NCBI RefSeq assembly: GCF_000018465.1 | Contig: NC_010085.1 | Span: 360,001 to 392,000 of the forward strand | Direction of reading: 5' to 3' | DNA: 32,000 nt | DNA from: Nitrosopumilus maritimus SCM1 | GTDB lineage: Archaea > Thermoproteota > Nitrososphaeria > Nitrososphaerales > Nitrosopumilaceae | Part shown: positions 7,332 to 15,130 of the stretch, piece by piece | Numbering within the stretch: position 1 is the stretch's first letter | Layout: every line of letters begins with the position of its first letter | Notes under the pieces: model-generated | Database searches by the model: none | Told to the model about the DNA's origin: nothing | Seen by the model: the letters and a program-made list of their open reading frames with translations, nothing else | Translations under genes and position numbers: made by a program

Positions 7332-8645
7332 CTACTTTTTTTCTATTTTTTCTATGATTTCAGAGAATTTCCATGGTCCACACTGTCCATCAGTGGTTTC
7401 ACTTAGTAATAGCCCTGAATTATGTAAATGGTTCACAACATGTGCTGCAAATGGTAATGCTCCAGTTGCTCCAGGTGAGTTATAGTTTAGGATGTGAAAT
7501 GATGACTCGTCATCAAGCAAAATCACATCTGGTTCAAATTTTCCTTTCTCATTAATTATTGATGAGCGAATACCTGCTGTTCCTTTCTCTGTAATCTTTT
7601 CTGCATCAATCTTCGGCAAAAATCTTCTTACTCTTTCAACCATTGTTGATTTTGACATTGATGATTGTATCTCATTCATTGCAAGCTCTTGGAATTGTTT
7701 GTCAAAGATTGCCTTTCGTGCACCAGACCCCAGCATCTCTAACATTTTTGGGACAAATTCCTTGATGTTTTCAGCTTTGTTATACCCGTATGGGCTAAAG
7801 ACAGGTACTGCATTTGGTCCTATCTCACAATTTCCATCAACTCGAATTATCCAATGTGGATCCAAGAATGGATAGTCTGGAAACTCTGGTACTGAATAGA
7901 TGCTAGTTTTTGTTAGGTTATTGTATTGTTTTGGTGCCTTCCAATATTCCCCTCTAAAATGAACATCGGTTAGTTCTGTTGCAACTCCTACATCATGTGC
8001 AATGTCTACTGCCTCTCCACCTGCAGCATTGATCAAAAATTCTGTAAAAATTTCATCCTCTTCATTTAATGTTATTTTCCATTTTCCATTTTCTCTTTTT
8101 GTTTCTGTAACTTTGGTATCTAAAAGAAATGCTGTTCCGTTTTCTTTACTATCTTTCATTAATGATTCTGTATATGTGGAATAATCAGCTGAGCCGTCTC
8201 TGTAAACGTATAATGCGGCTTCGCATTTTATCTCTGGTTCTATTTTTTTAATCTCTGATTTGTCCATCAATTCAATGTCTTTTTCTTCCAATCCGTTTTG
8301 TTTTGCCCATTTGAGATATTTCTCAAGAACTTTGATTCCTTTTTTGTCTAGTGCAACTTCTATTACTCCGTCTTTTTTGAATGGCAAGTTGTGTAATTTG
8401 GAATATTCTTCCCACATGTCAAATCCATGAAATGCAGCATTTGCAAACAGCTTTTTCTTTTCAGGATTGTATAGATAGGGAGCATGTACTTTACCTGTGT
8501 TTCTACCACTAGTGTGAAAAGCAACATTTTTGGCTTGCTCAATAACTGCTACTTTTTTTGATTTGTTTAGATGTGATAGAAAATATGAGATGGATGTGCC
8601 AAGAATGCCTCCACCAATAATTACAACATCAAAATTCTTTGCCAA
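7332..8645 (-). CDS. FAD-dependent oxidoreductase, L-2-hydroxyglutarate oxidase/dehydrogenase (LhgO)-like
   Basis: 437 aa. N-terminal dinucleotide fold FDVVIIGGGILGTS and HTSGRNTGKVHAPYLY, resembling the LhgO/DAO family. TTG start. Confidence 0.8.
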   Translation of the reverse strand: MAKNFDVVIIGGGILGTSISYFLSHLNKSKKVAVIEQAKNVAFHTSGRNTGKVHAPYLYNPEKKKLFANAAFHGFDMWEEYSKLHNLPFKKDGVIEVALDKKGIKVLEKYLKWAKQNGLEEKDIELMDKSEIKKIEPEIKCEAALYVYRDGSADYSTYTESLMKDSKENGTAFLLDTKVTETKRENGKWKITLNEEDEIFTEFLINAAGGEAVDIAHDVGVATELTDVHFRGEYWKAPKQYNNLTKTSIYSVPEFPDYPFLDPHWIIRVDGNCEIGPNAVPVFSPYGYNKAENIKEFVPKMLEMLGSGARKAIFDKQFQELAMNEIQSSMSKSTMVERVRRFLPKIDAEKITEKGTAGIRSSIINEKGKFEPDVILLDDESSFHILNYNSPGATGALPFAAHVVNHLHNSGLLLSETTDGQCGPWKFSEIIEKIEKK

Positions 8646-8703
8646 GTATTTTCGCTTTAATTTCGTTTTAGTGGATAATAAATGGAATCAATAACAATCA
8701 AGG

Positions 8704-8711
8704 TTAATATC
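8704..8711 (+). promoter_or_regulatory. TATA-like box (TTAATATC) for ORF 8734
   Basis: Centred ~26 nt upstream of ATG 8734. Confidence 0.3.
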
Positions 8712-8733
8712 TAATAAAATTCAAAATCAAACT

Positions 8734-9015
8734 ATGTTACCTGACAAGTGTTCTGTAAGCAAAGAAGGAAAACAGTGTCCTAGTCCTCCTGAATTTATTG
8801 TATCAATTGTTGATGGAAAAGATGAGTATATGGTTGGAGTTACATGTGGCAGACACAAGCAAGTTGTATCTGGAAAAATTGAATTTATGCAAAAAGAAGG
8901 TAAAATCCATGAAGGAACAGTAAGTTTTTCGCCTGTCAAAGCAGTTGGAACTGACTGTATTCATGGTGGTGAGGATGATTTTATCCAAATTGACATGAAT
9001 CGAAGTAAAAACTGA
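8734..9015 (+). CDS. Hypothetical protein, 93 aa
   Basis: ATG ORF with a TATA at about -26 and four Cys. No family recognised. The antisense ORFs here (8727-8939, 8803-9117) look spurious. Confidence 0.5.
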   Translation: MLPDKCSVSKEGKQCPSPPEFIVSIVDGKDEYMVGVTCGRHKQVVSGKIEFMQKEGKIHEGTVSFSPVKAVGTDCIHGGEDDFIQIDMNRSKN

Positions 9016-9032
9016 AATAATTTCCAATCTTT

Positions 9033-9413
9033 TTGGATGTATTGCTTTTTGAGTTATTATCTGATATTGTAAAAATTGAGAATATCTTGTTTGTTGTAAA
9101 AAGCGGTGGCGCAACAAGTGAGGTTAGAAGTCCTCTTAGTATTCGACAAAGAGAAAAGTGGATTACACTTGGTGAAAATGATGATCCCGCTCATATGCAT
9201 ATTGATTCAGAACTAATTAATTATGCAGAATTTGTACAAGAAGAAAAACCCGAACGTACAAGTTTTAGTGTTAGATTTTACAATAAAGATAACCAAAGAG
9301 TGTTGGCAGCCTTTTTTACAAAGATGTATGATGATTCTAAAACATTAATTCCTGAACGAAAAAAAATTTATGAACAACTAAACGAAAAGTTTTCTTCTAA
9401 AATTAATTTTTAA
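9033..9413 (+). CDS. Hypothetical protein, 126 aa; weak HemS/ChuX-like motif pattern
   Basis: TTG start 17 nt after the previous gene. The segment WITLGENDDPAHMHIDSELINYAEFVQEEKPERTSFSVRFYNKDNQRVLAAFF resembles the W-x-N-[IL]...H[LM]...R..S[LV].FF. repeat unit of HemS/ChuS/ChuX heme-binding domains. This is recollection only. Confidence 0.5.
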   Translation: MDVLLFELLSDIVKIENILFVVKSGGATSEVRSPLSIRQREKWITLGENDDPAHMHIDSELINYAEFVQEEKPERTSFSVRFYNKDNQRVLAAFFTKMYDDSKTLIPERKKIYEQLNEKFSSKINF

Positions 9414-9440
9414 AAAAAACCTTGTCTGAAAAAGACAAGG
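9412..9440 (-). terminator. Hairpin plus U8 terminator for the minus-strand dehydrogenase transcript
   Basis: 7-bp stem CCTTGTC/GACAAGG (9420-9426 / 9434-9440) with a 7-nt loop. On the minus strand it is followed directly by T8 (9419-9412). On the plus strand the run is A8 upstream, so it reads as a minus-strand signal. Confidence 0.5.
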
Positions 9441-9606
9441 AGAAAAAATATTATTCTTGAGATTTCTTCTTCTTTTCTTTTTCAGATTGTAGTTTAGCTA
9501 ATTCTAATTCTTCGTTTGTATGTTTGAATTTTTTCAATCTGATTGGTATTCACCGTTTAGATATAAAAACTCCACATTTCTTTTCATAGTAACTTGGGCG
9601 TGAAAT

Positions 9607-10575
9607 TCAATATCCTACTGAGTAGATCGGTTTTTTTCCATTCATTCCTAGATTGAGATTTCTTACAGTAATTTCTGCCATTTTGGCTCTGGTCTCCTTA
9701 GTCGAACTCCCTATGTGTGGTGCCAGTACCACATTTTGCAATTTTGTCAGTGGATGGTTCTTGCTTATTGGTTCTTGTTCAAAGACATCTAGTCCTGCTC
9801 CTGCAATAATTTTCTTTTTTAATGCAGTAACCAAGTCTTTTTCATTTACCACTTTGCCTCTTGATGTATTTATCAAAAATGCAGTGTTTTTCATTTTTTT
9901 GAAGATTTTCATGTTAAACATCTTGTCAGTCTCTTTTGTATGTGGAACGTGGATTGAAATGACATCACTTTGAGAAATTAACCTCTCAAATGAGACGTAT
10001 TTTGCATCCAATGTTCTCTCTTTAGTCTTTGATAGACGATTTCTATTGTGATAAATTATATCCATATCAAATGCTTTAGCTCTCTTTGCAAGTGTTTGTC
10101 CAATTCTTCCTAATCCTAAAATTCCTATAGTTTTTCCTTGTAGGTCAACTCCTACATAGTCATGTGCTCCATAGATCATTTTCCATTTTCCATCTCTGAT
10201 TATTCTGTCTCCCTCTGAAACCCTTCTTAATGAATCAAGTAATAGTGAAAAAGCCAAATCCGCTGTTGCATCAGTTAATACTTCGGGAGTGTATCCCACT
10301 CTGATCTTTTTTCCTTTTGCATATTTTGTATCAATATGATCAAAACCTACGCTGTATGTACTGATGACTTTGAGATTCTCTGCCAAATCTATTGTTTCTT
10401 TATTGATTATGTCATATGGAAAACAGATCAATCCATCTACATCTTTAATTTTTGATCGTAACTTTGATTGAGGAACTGGAATCTTTCCTTTATGTACTTC
10501 AATTTGATATTTTTTCTTTAATTCCTTTAAAGCAAAATCGTGAAGTGTTCTTGTTAGAAACACTTTCTTTCTCAT
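9607..10575 (-). CDS. D-isomer-specific 2-hydroxyacid dehydrogenase (glyoxylate/hydroxypyruvate reductase-like)
   Basis: NAD fold GILGLGRIGQTLAKRA, catalytic region LAPHIGSST, ~320 aa. I trimmed the start to ATG 10575 (MRKKVFLTRTL). The track's 23-aa extension to 10644 overlaps a divergent small gene and the promoter. Confidence 0.88.
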   Translation of the reverse strand: MRKKVFLTRTLHDFALKELKKKYQIEVHKGKIPVPQSKLRSKIKDVDGLICFPYDIINKETIDLAENLKVISTYSVGFDHIDTKYAKGKKIRVGYTPEVLTDATADLAFSLLLDSLRRVSEGDRIIRDGKWKMIYGAHDYVGVDLQGKTIGILGLGRIGQTLAKRAKAFDMDIIYHNRNRLSKTKERTLDAKYVSFERLISQSDVISIHVPHTKETDKMFNMKIFKKMKNTAFLINTSRGKVVNEKDLVTALKKKIIAGAGLDVFEQEPISKNHPLTKLQNVVLAPHIGSSTKETRAKMAEITVRNLNLGMNGKKPIYSVGY

Positions 10576-10599
10576 AAAGATGAGATTTATCTCAAACCA

Positions 10600-10605
10600 T
10601 TTATA
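10600..10605. promoter_or_regulatory. Single central TATA element (TTTATA / TATAAA) shared by two divergent genes
   Basis: The only strong TATA in the 51-bp gap. Its centre is ~27 nt from the minus-strand ATG (10575) and ~25 nt from the plus-strand ATG (10627). Confidence 0.35.
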
Positions 10606-10626
10606 CGATTTCCTTCTAATTTCTTT

Positions 10627-10773
10627 ATGTCTTCTGAAACACAAGAGGAAGAAGAATTTGCTATTTGTGTAGAATGTGGAAATGCTATTGAAAAATGTGT
10701 TTGTGTATGCCCTTATTGTGGAGAACGAGACAAGTGTAAATGTGCATTATTTGATGCAGCAACTGGAGGATAA
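10627..10773 (+). CDS. Small Cys-rich (8 Cys in 48 aa) putative metal-binding protein ending in Gly-Gly (below the ORF-track cutoff)
   Basis: Own translation: MSSETQEEEEFAICVECGNAIEKCVCVCPYCGERDKCKCALFDAATGG. Spacing is C-x2-C-x6-C-x-C-x-C-x2-C-x5-C-x-C. TATA at about -25. It ends 48 nt before the OFOR alpha gene. Confidence 0.55.
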   Translation: MSSETQEEEEFAICVECGNAIEKCVCVCPYCGERDKCKCALFDAATGG

Positions 10774-10821
10774 CAATTTGATAAAATTGGCTATTACTAT
10801 TCATTTCATAGGTGACTTGCT

Positions 10822-12732
10822 ATGAGTTCTACTGATTTTACTTGGCTAATTGGAGGTCCTCAAGGTAGTGGCGTCGAATCTGGTGCTAATATTTTCTCTA
10901 GAGTTTGTGCTGAGATGGGGTATCAGGTATTTGGGAAGAGAGAATTCTACTCAAACATCAAAGGAGAACACAGCTACTTTGCAGTAAGAATATCTGATGA
11001 AAAAATCCATTCAAATGTAAATGATGTAACATTGATGGCATCATTTGATGCTGAAACTATCTTTCGTCATTATGATGAAGTAGTTTCTGATGGTGGGATA
11101 ATTTATGATGCAGATCTTGATGATGTTACTACTGATAGAGTACATACACTAGATGCACCATTTAGAGAACGACTACATAAGAAACTAGAATCAAAGAATA
11201 AACCATTTTCCATCGCAGGTGTTTTGGAAATTGCAAAAGAAAACGGTGTGAAATTATATCCTGTATCATTCAAATCCATTCTTGAAACACTTGCAGAAGA
11301 AACTGAAAATCCTCGTCTCAAGGGATTAGTTAGAATGTTTAATGTCATTGGTGTTTCTTTGTCTTTGGGTCTAGTCAAGATGCCTCCTGACTCTTTACAA
11401 AAAACAATCGGAACAATTTTTTCAAAGAAACAAGAGATTGCAAAAATTAATCAACAAACTGCAAACTATTCTTACAATTATGCAACTGCAAAATTTGAAG
11501 ATTTTCATCATACATTAACTGGAATTCAAAAAGAATCTGGAACTCTTTTGGTTCAAGGATTCCAAGGAACTGCATTAGGAAAGATGGCATGTGGTTGTCG
11601 AGTACAACCTTACTATCCAATTACTCCAGCTTCAGATGAATCTGTATTTTTAGAATCAAATGAAATTTTGGAAATAATTGATGACCGTCCTGGTTCTACA
11701 GCAGTAATTCAAACTGAAGATGAGATTTGTGCAATGGGTATGACTATAGGAAGTGCATTAACTGGAACACGTTCTGCAACGTGTACTTCTGGTCCTGGAT
11801 TTGCTCTGATGACTGAAATGCTAGGCTGGGCAGGCATAAATGAGGTGCCTGTTGTAATCACCAACTATCAAAGAAGTGGTCCTTCAACTGGTCTGCCAAC
11901 AAGACACGGCCAAGATGATTTACTATTTTCTGTATTTGCAGGACATGGAGATTTCCCAAAAATTGTTTATGCTTCAGGTGATGTCGAGGAGAGCTTCTAT
12001 GACACTGGAAACGTTTTCAATTATGCTGATATTTTTCAAGTTCCAGTAATTCATTTGATGGATAAATTCATTGCAAGTTCTGTTGTTACTTGTACAAGAT
12101 TTGATCCTTCTAAAATTACAATTAATCGAGGAAAACTCTTAGACAAAGTTGAAGGTGAATACGAAAGATTTGCATTTACTGAAGATGGTGTATCTCCTCG
12201 TTCTAAATTAGGACTCGACAACGGAATATTTTGGGACACTGGTGATGAATCTGATGAAAAAGGCCACATCACAGAAGATCCAGTATTGCGTGTTAAGATG
12301 ATGGATAAGAGAATGTCCCGTCTTGATTTGATTCTAAAAGAAATTCCAGAAGCAGAAAAGGCAGTGTCTTTTGGTGTTGAAGACTTTACTGTAATCACAT
12401 GGGGTTCTTCAAAAGGACCAATCATTGATGCAATTGAAATGCTCAAAAAAGACGGAATATCTATTGGCCTTGTACAGATTAAACTCTTACATCCATTTCC
12501 TGGTGATTATGTTGCTTCTTTACTAAAAGATGCAAAAACAATCATTGATGTTGAAGCAAATCATTCAGCACAACTAGGAAAATTATTCAAACAAAATGTA
12601 CAAAGAGATATTGACTATTCTATCTTAAAATACACTGGAAGAGCAATGACTAGTACTGAAGTTTATGATTCACTTAAGAAAATTGTTGAAAACAAGGCTG
12701 AGAAGAGGGAGGTTTTGATGCATGGCGCTTAA
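10822..12732 (+). CDS. korA: 2-oxoacid:ferredoxin oxidoreductase, alpha subunit (fused gamma+alpha domains)
   Basis: 636 aa. N-terminal gamma-like domain ([15 protein letters not shown]), then an alpha domain with [15 protein letters not shown] lies 6 nt upstream of the ATG. Two-subunit Sulfolobus/Aeropyrum-type architecture. Confidence 0.92.
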   Translation: MSSTDFTWLIGGPQGSGVESGANIFSRVCAEMGYQVFGKREFYSNIKGEHSYFAVRISDEKIHSNVNDVTLMASFDAETIFRHYDEVVSDGGIIYDADLDDVTTDRVHTLDAPFRERLHKKLESKNKPFSIAGVLEIAKENGVKLYPVSFKSILETLAEETENPRLKGLVRMFNVIGVSLSLGLVKMPPDSLQKTIGTIFSKKQEIAKINQQTANYSYNYATAKFEDFHHTLTGIQKESGTLLVQGFQGTALGKMACGCRVQPYYPITPASDESVFLESNEILEIIDDRPGSTAVIQTEDEICAMGMTIGSALTGTRSATCTSGPGFALMTEMLGWAGINEVPVVITNYQRSGPSTGLPTRHGQDDLLFSVFAGHGDFPKIVYASGDVEESFYDTGNVFNYADIFQVPVIHLMDKFIASSVVTCTRFDPSKITINRGKLLDKVEGEYERFAFTEDGVSPRSKLGLDNGIFWDTGDESDEKGHITEDPVLRVKMMDKRMSRLDLILKEIPEAEKAVSFGVEDFTVITWGSSKGPIIDAIEMLKKDGISIGLVQIKLLHPFPGDYVASLLKDAKTIIDVEANHSAQLGKLFKQNVQRDIDYSILKYTGRAMTSTEVYDSLKKIVENKAEKREVLMHGA

Positions 12733-13684
12733 GATGGCAGATTTCAAAACAGATGTCCACAATGACTGGTGTCCTGGATGTGGTGATTTTGGAATTGTAA
12801 ATGCTATTCAGATGGCTCTTGCTGAAATGGGCGTAGAGCGAGACAAGACTGCAATATTTTCTGGAATTGGTTGTTCTGGAAAAACATCTCACTACATCAA
12901 TACTTATGGTGTCCATACTCTTCATGGCAGAGTTCTGACATTTGCACAAGGTGCAAAGATTGCAAATCCTGAGATGACTATAGTTGCAGTTGGCGGTGAT
13001 GGTGATGGTCTAGGAATTGGTGCAGGTCATTTTGTTGCAGCAGGAAGACGTAATGTAAACATGACATACATCATATTTGATAATGGAGTTTATGGATTAA
13101 CAAAGGGACAAGCATCTCCAACCCTAAAACTTGGTGAGCAAACAAAATCCCTCCCATCCCCAAACACCAACTACAATGTTAATCCAATCGGATTAGCTGT
13201 TGCAAGTGGATTTACATTTGTTGCACGTGGATACTCTTACGATGTTAGACATCTCAAAGATTTGATTATTCAAGCAGTAAATCACAAGGGATTGTCATTT
13301 TTGGATGTTTTACAACCATGTCCAACATACAACGATCTTAACACTAGAGATTGGTATGCTGGAACTGATTTAATGGACGAAGCTCAAAAGAGGCATTCAA
13401 GAATTTACAAACTCGAAGAACACGGTTATGATCCTGAAGTCCATTACAATGAAGAAGCAGAAGTCAATGAAAGGCTCTCTCAAGCTCTAATCAAATCTCT
13501 TGAATGGGGAAACAAGATTCCAATTGGAGTATTTTACAAAAATGAAATCATTACTCCTTATACCACTAGATTAAAAGATAAGATTCCAAATTATCTGGAA
13601 AACCCCCCCGCAAAACAAAATATCTCAAAAAATGGAATCTCTAATACTAATATTTCACACATCTTGGACTCACTTGAAGTTTAG
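12722..13684 (+). CDS. korB: 2-oxoacid:ferredoxin oxidoreductase, beta (TPP-binding) subunit
   Basis: [11 protein letters not shown] and the TPP motif [11 protein letters not shown]...[18 protein letters not shown] lies 10 nt upstream of ATG 12722, supporting the start that overlaps korA by 11 nt. Confidence 0.93.
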   Translation: MALKMADFKTDVHNDWCPGCGDFGIVNAIQMALAEMGVERDKTAIFSGIGCSGKTSHYINTYGVHTLHGRVLTFAQGAKIANPEMTIVAVGGDGDGLGIGAGHFVAAGRRNVNMTYIIFDNGVYGLTKGQASPTLKLGEQTKSLPSPNTNYNVNPIGLAVASGFTFVARGYSYDVRHLKDLIIQAVNHKGLSFLDVLQPCPTYNDLNTRDWYAGTDLMDEAQKRHSRIYKLEEHGYDPEVHYNEEAEVNERLSQALIKSLEWGNKIPIGVFYKNEIITPYTTRLKDKIPNYLENPPAKQNISKNGISNTNISHILDSLEV

Positions 13685-13733
13685 TCTATTCTAAAACCAA
13701 ACAGGTTATAGGCAAGTTTTGTAGCAGTGTATT

Positions 13734-14174
13734 TTGCATTTGAACATCAATGAGGCAAACACTATCTTTAGAAAATCCATCATTAAGGGTTTTTTTGAAC
13801 CTAAACTAGTAAATCTTGATTTTAAAAAATCATCTGTAAAACACCCTGCAATAAGTGATGATGGTCTTATGCAGTCTGATTTACTTCATGTCTTCTTTGA
13901 TGTAGAAACTGGAGCTGACTATCCTGATGGTGATGAGTGGTTTATTGTAGATATGTTATTTCCCCATGACATTAAATTACCTGACAACCTAAAGGGAACT
14001 GATTACTTTACAACACTTTCAGTTGATGATGGTAAAACATACTGGCATCATCGTGAACTAATTCGCTACAAATACGGAAAATCAAAGAAACTTGATAATG
14101 CTATAGAGTTTCTAGAGTCAAAATACAAAGAACTACACGCATTACTTGAACCACTACAAAAAGATCTTAATTGA
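13734..14174 (+). CDS. Hypothetical protein, 146 aa (orphan)
   Basis: Long ORF with codon usage like its neighbours. TTG start with a TATA-like GGTTATAGG ~26 nt upstream; the next in-frame ATG is codon 46, so the start is uncertain. No family recognised. Confidence 0.5.
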   Translation: MHLNINEANTIFRKSIIKGFFEPKLVNLDFKKSSVKHPAISDDGLMQSDLLHVFFDVETGADYPDGDEWFIVDMLFPHDIKLPDNLKGTDYFTTLSVDDGKTYWHHRELIRYKYGKSKKLDNAIEFLESKYKELHALLEPLQKDLN

Positions 14175-14700
14175 TTTCTTTCCAAACATCGCCTTTAAAC
14201 GAAAATTGTTTTTGTGGGGATGTTGCTGTGTTTAATCTCCATCTAACTGTTTTTGAATCAAACTTGTAATAGACTTCAGTTATTTCTGCTGGAATCTTTT
14301 CTGGATCAAGATGATAAGGAAGTAACTCTAAAACTGAATCAATTTTTTCTATGGCATTATCAAACCACTGTTTATCTTGTGTATCAATTGTAAATCCAAT
14401 TTTTGGAATTCCTGAAAAATTGATTACAATCTTTATGGCATTACCGCTACCCCTTCTACGTTTCATCTCTTTGAATACTGCCTTGACTTTTTCCCAACGT
14501 TTGAAATCAAACCATTCAAAAAACGCATCATTGAACGTAAGTGGAATGTTTACATCTAAAAAACTAACAAAATCTTCATCATCTGCTTCTATCTCCTCTT
14601 GGTTAATAGTAAAATGTGAGTTTAGAAACCCATACAAAACTTCAATTTCCCAAGGTGAAATTCCATAATATCGCAATGTTGTAGTTAGACTGTCAGCCAA
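14167..14700 (-). CDS. Hypothetical protein, 177 aa (orphan)
   Basis: TTG start. Acidic, aromatic-rich N-terminal half, a basic patch KEMKRRRGSG, and a beta-rich C-terminus. No family recognised. Its 3' end overlaps the convergent gene by 8 nt. Confidence 0.55.
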   Translation of the reverse strand: MADSLTTTLRYYGISPWEIEVLYGFLNSHFTINQEEIEADDEDFVSFLDVNIPLTFNDAFFEWFDFKRWEKVKAVFKEMKRRRGSGNAIKIVINFSGIPKIGFTIDTQDKQWFDNAIEKIDSVLELLPYHLDPEKIPAEITEVYYKFDSKTVRWRLNTATSPQKQFSFKGDVWKEIN

Positions 14701-14722
14701 TAATCTCTAGACTCAAAAATTG

Positions 14723-14730
14723 TAATTAAA
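14723..14730. promoter_or_regulatory. Central TATA-like element (TAATTAAA) between divergent orphan genes
   Basis: Centre is ~27 nt from the minus-strand start (14700) and ~31 nt from the plus-strand TTG (14758), in a 57-bp gap. Confidence 0.3.
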
Positions 14731-14757
14731 GCTTCAACATTGTAAAACTAGAAGAAA

Positions 14758-15129
14758 TTGACCTTAAAATTAAAATTAGATGGAAGGTCAGTCATTTTAG
14801 ATATGAAAAAAGAGTATGTAGTACGAAGTATTGATGCTGCCCCTGATGGTGCACCATATGTCATTGTATCGTTATCTTCTGTAAAGGATCTCAAAGAAGG
14901 AACACAAAATCCACAATCTCCATTTGGTAGTCCAAAAGTCATGGGTTTTTCAAACATGAATGACATGATGAAGGATCTCAACAAAATGCTATCTGGAATG
15001 GGCGGTATGGGAATGCAAGGCGGTATTACTCAACTAAAACTAGAGATGCATGAATACAAAGACATGGGTCTTTCTGTTGGAGATAAAGTCTTTCTAGAAC
15101 TAAGTAAAGCAGAATCTCTTGGCGTATGA
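14758..15129 (+). CDS. Hypothetical protein, 123 aa, with a Met/Gly-rich linker (orphan)
   Basis: ORF from TTG 14758. An alternative start is ATG 14803 (MKKEYVV...), preceded by TTAAAATTAAAATTA. Contains the internal low-complexity stretch MLSGMGGMGMQGG. No family recognised. Confidence 0.55.
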   Translation: MTLKLKLDGRSVILDMKKEYVVRSIDAAPDGAPYVIVSLSSVKDLKEGTQNPQSPFGSPKVMGFSNMNDMMKDLNKMLSGMGGMGMQGGITQLKLEMHEYKDMGLSVGDKVFLELSKAESLGV

Positions 15130-15130
15130 C

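Noticed and set aside
8727-9117. Minus-strand ORFs 8727-8939 and 8803-9117 as alternatives to the plus-strand hypothetical genes.
   Set aside because: The plus-strand ORFs have a TATA at -26 and plausible globular sequences. The minus-strand translations are Ser/Phe/Ile-rich and span the plus-strand intergenic gap.
6494-9606. Possible integrated element next to the tRNA-Ser gene (tRNA, then a small RHH gene, then unknown genes).
   Set aside because: No integrase or transposase is present. I could not find a direct repeat of the tRNA 3' end; the nearest look-alike, GAAATTCAATATCC at ~9602-9615, matches poorly. Base composition is the same as the flanks.
10576-10644. The 23-aa N-terminal extension of the dehydrogenase ORF (MCFRRHKEIRRKSYKWFEINLIF).
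   Set aside because: Family members start near MRKKVFLTR. The extension would cover the shared TATA and overlap the divergent Cys-rich ORF.
13734-14700. Shared DNAIE pentapeptide in the two convergent orphan proteins (KKLDNAIEFLE and QWFDNAIEKID), as a hint of paralogy.
   Set aside because: Only five residues match, with no flanking similarity. This is compatible with chance.
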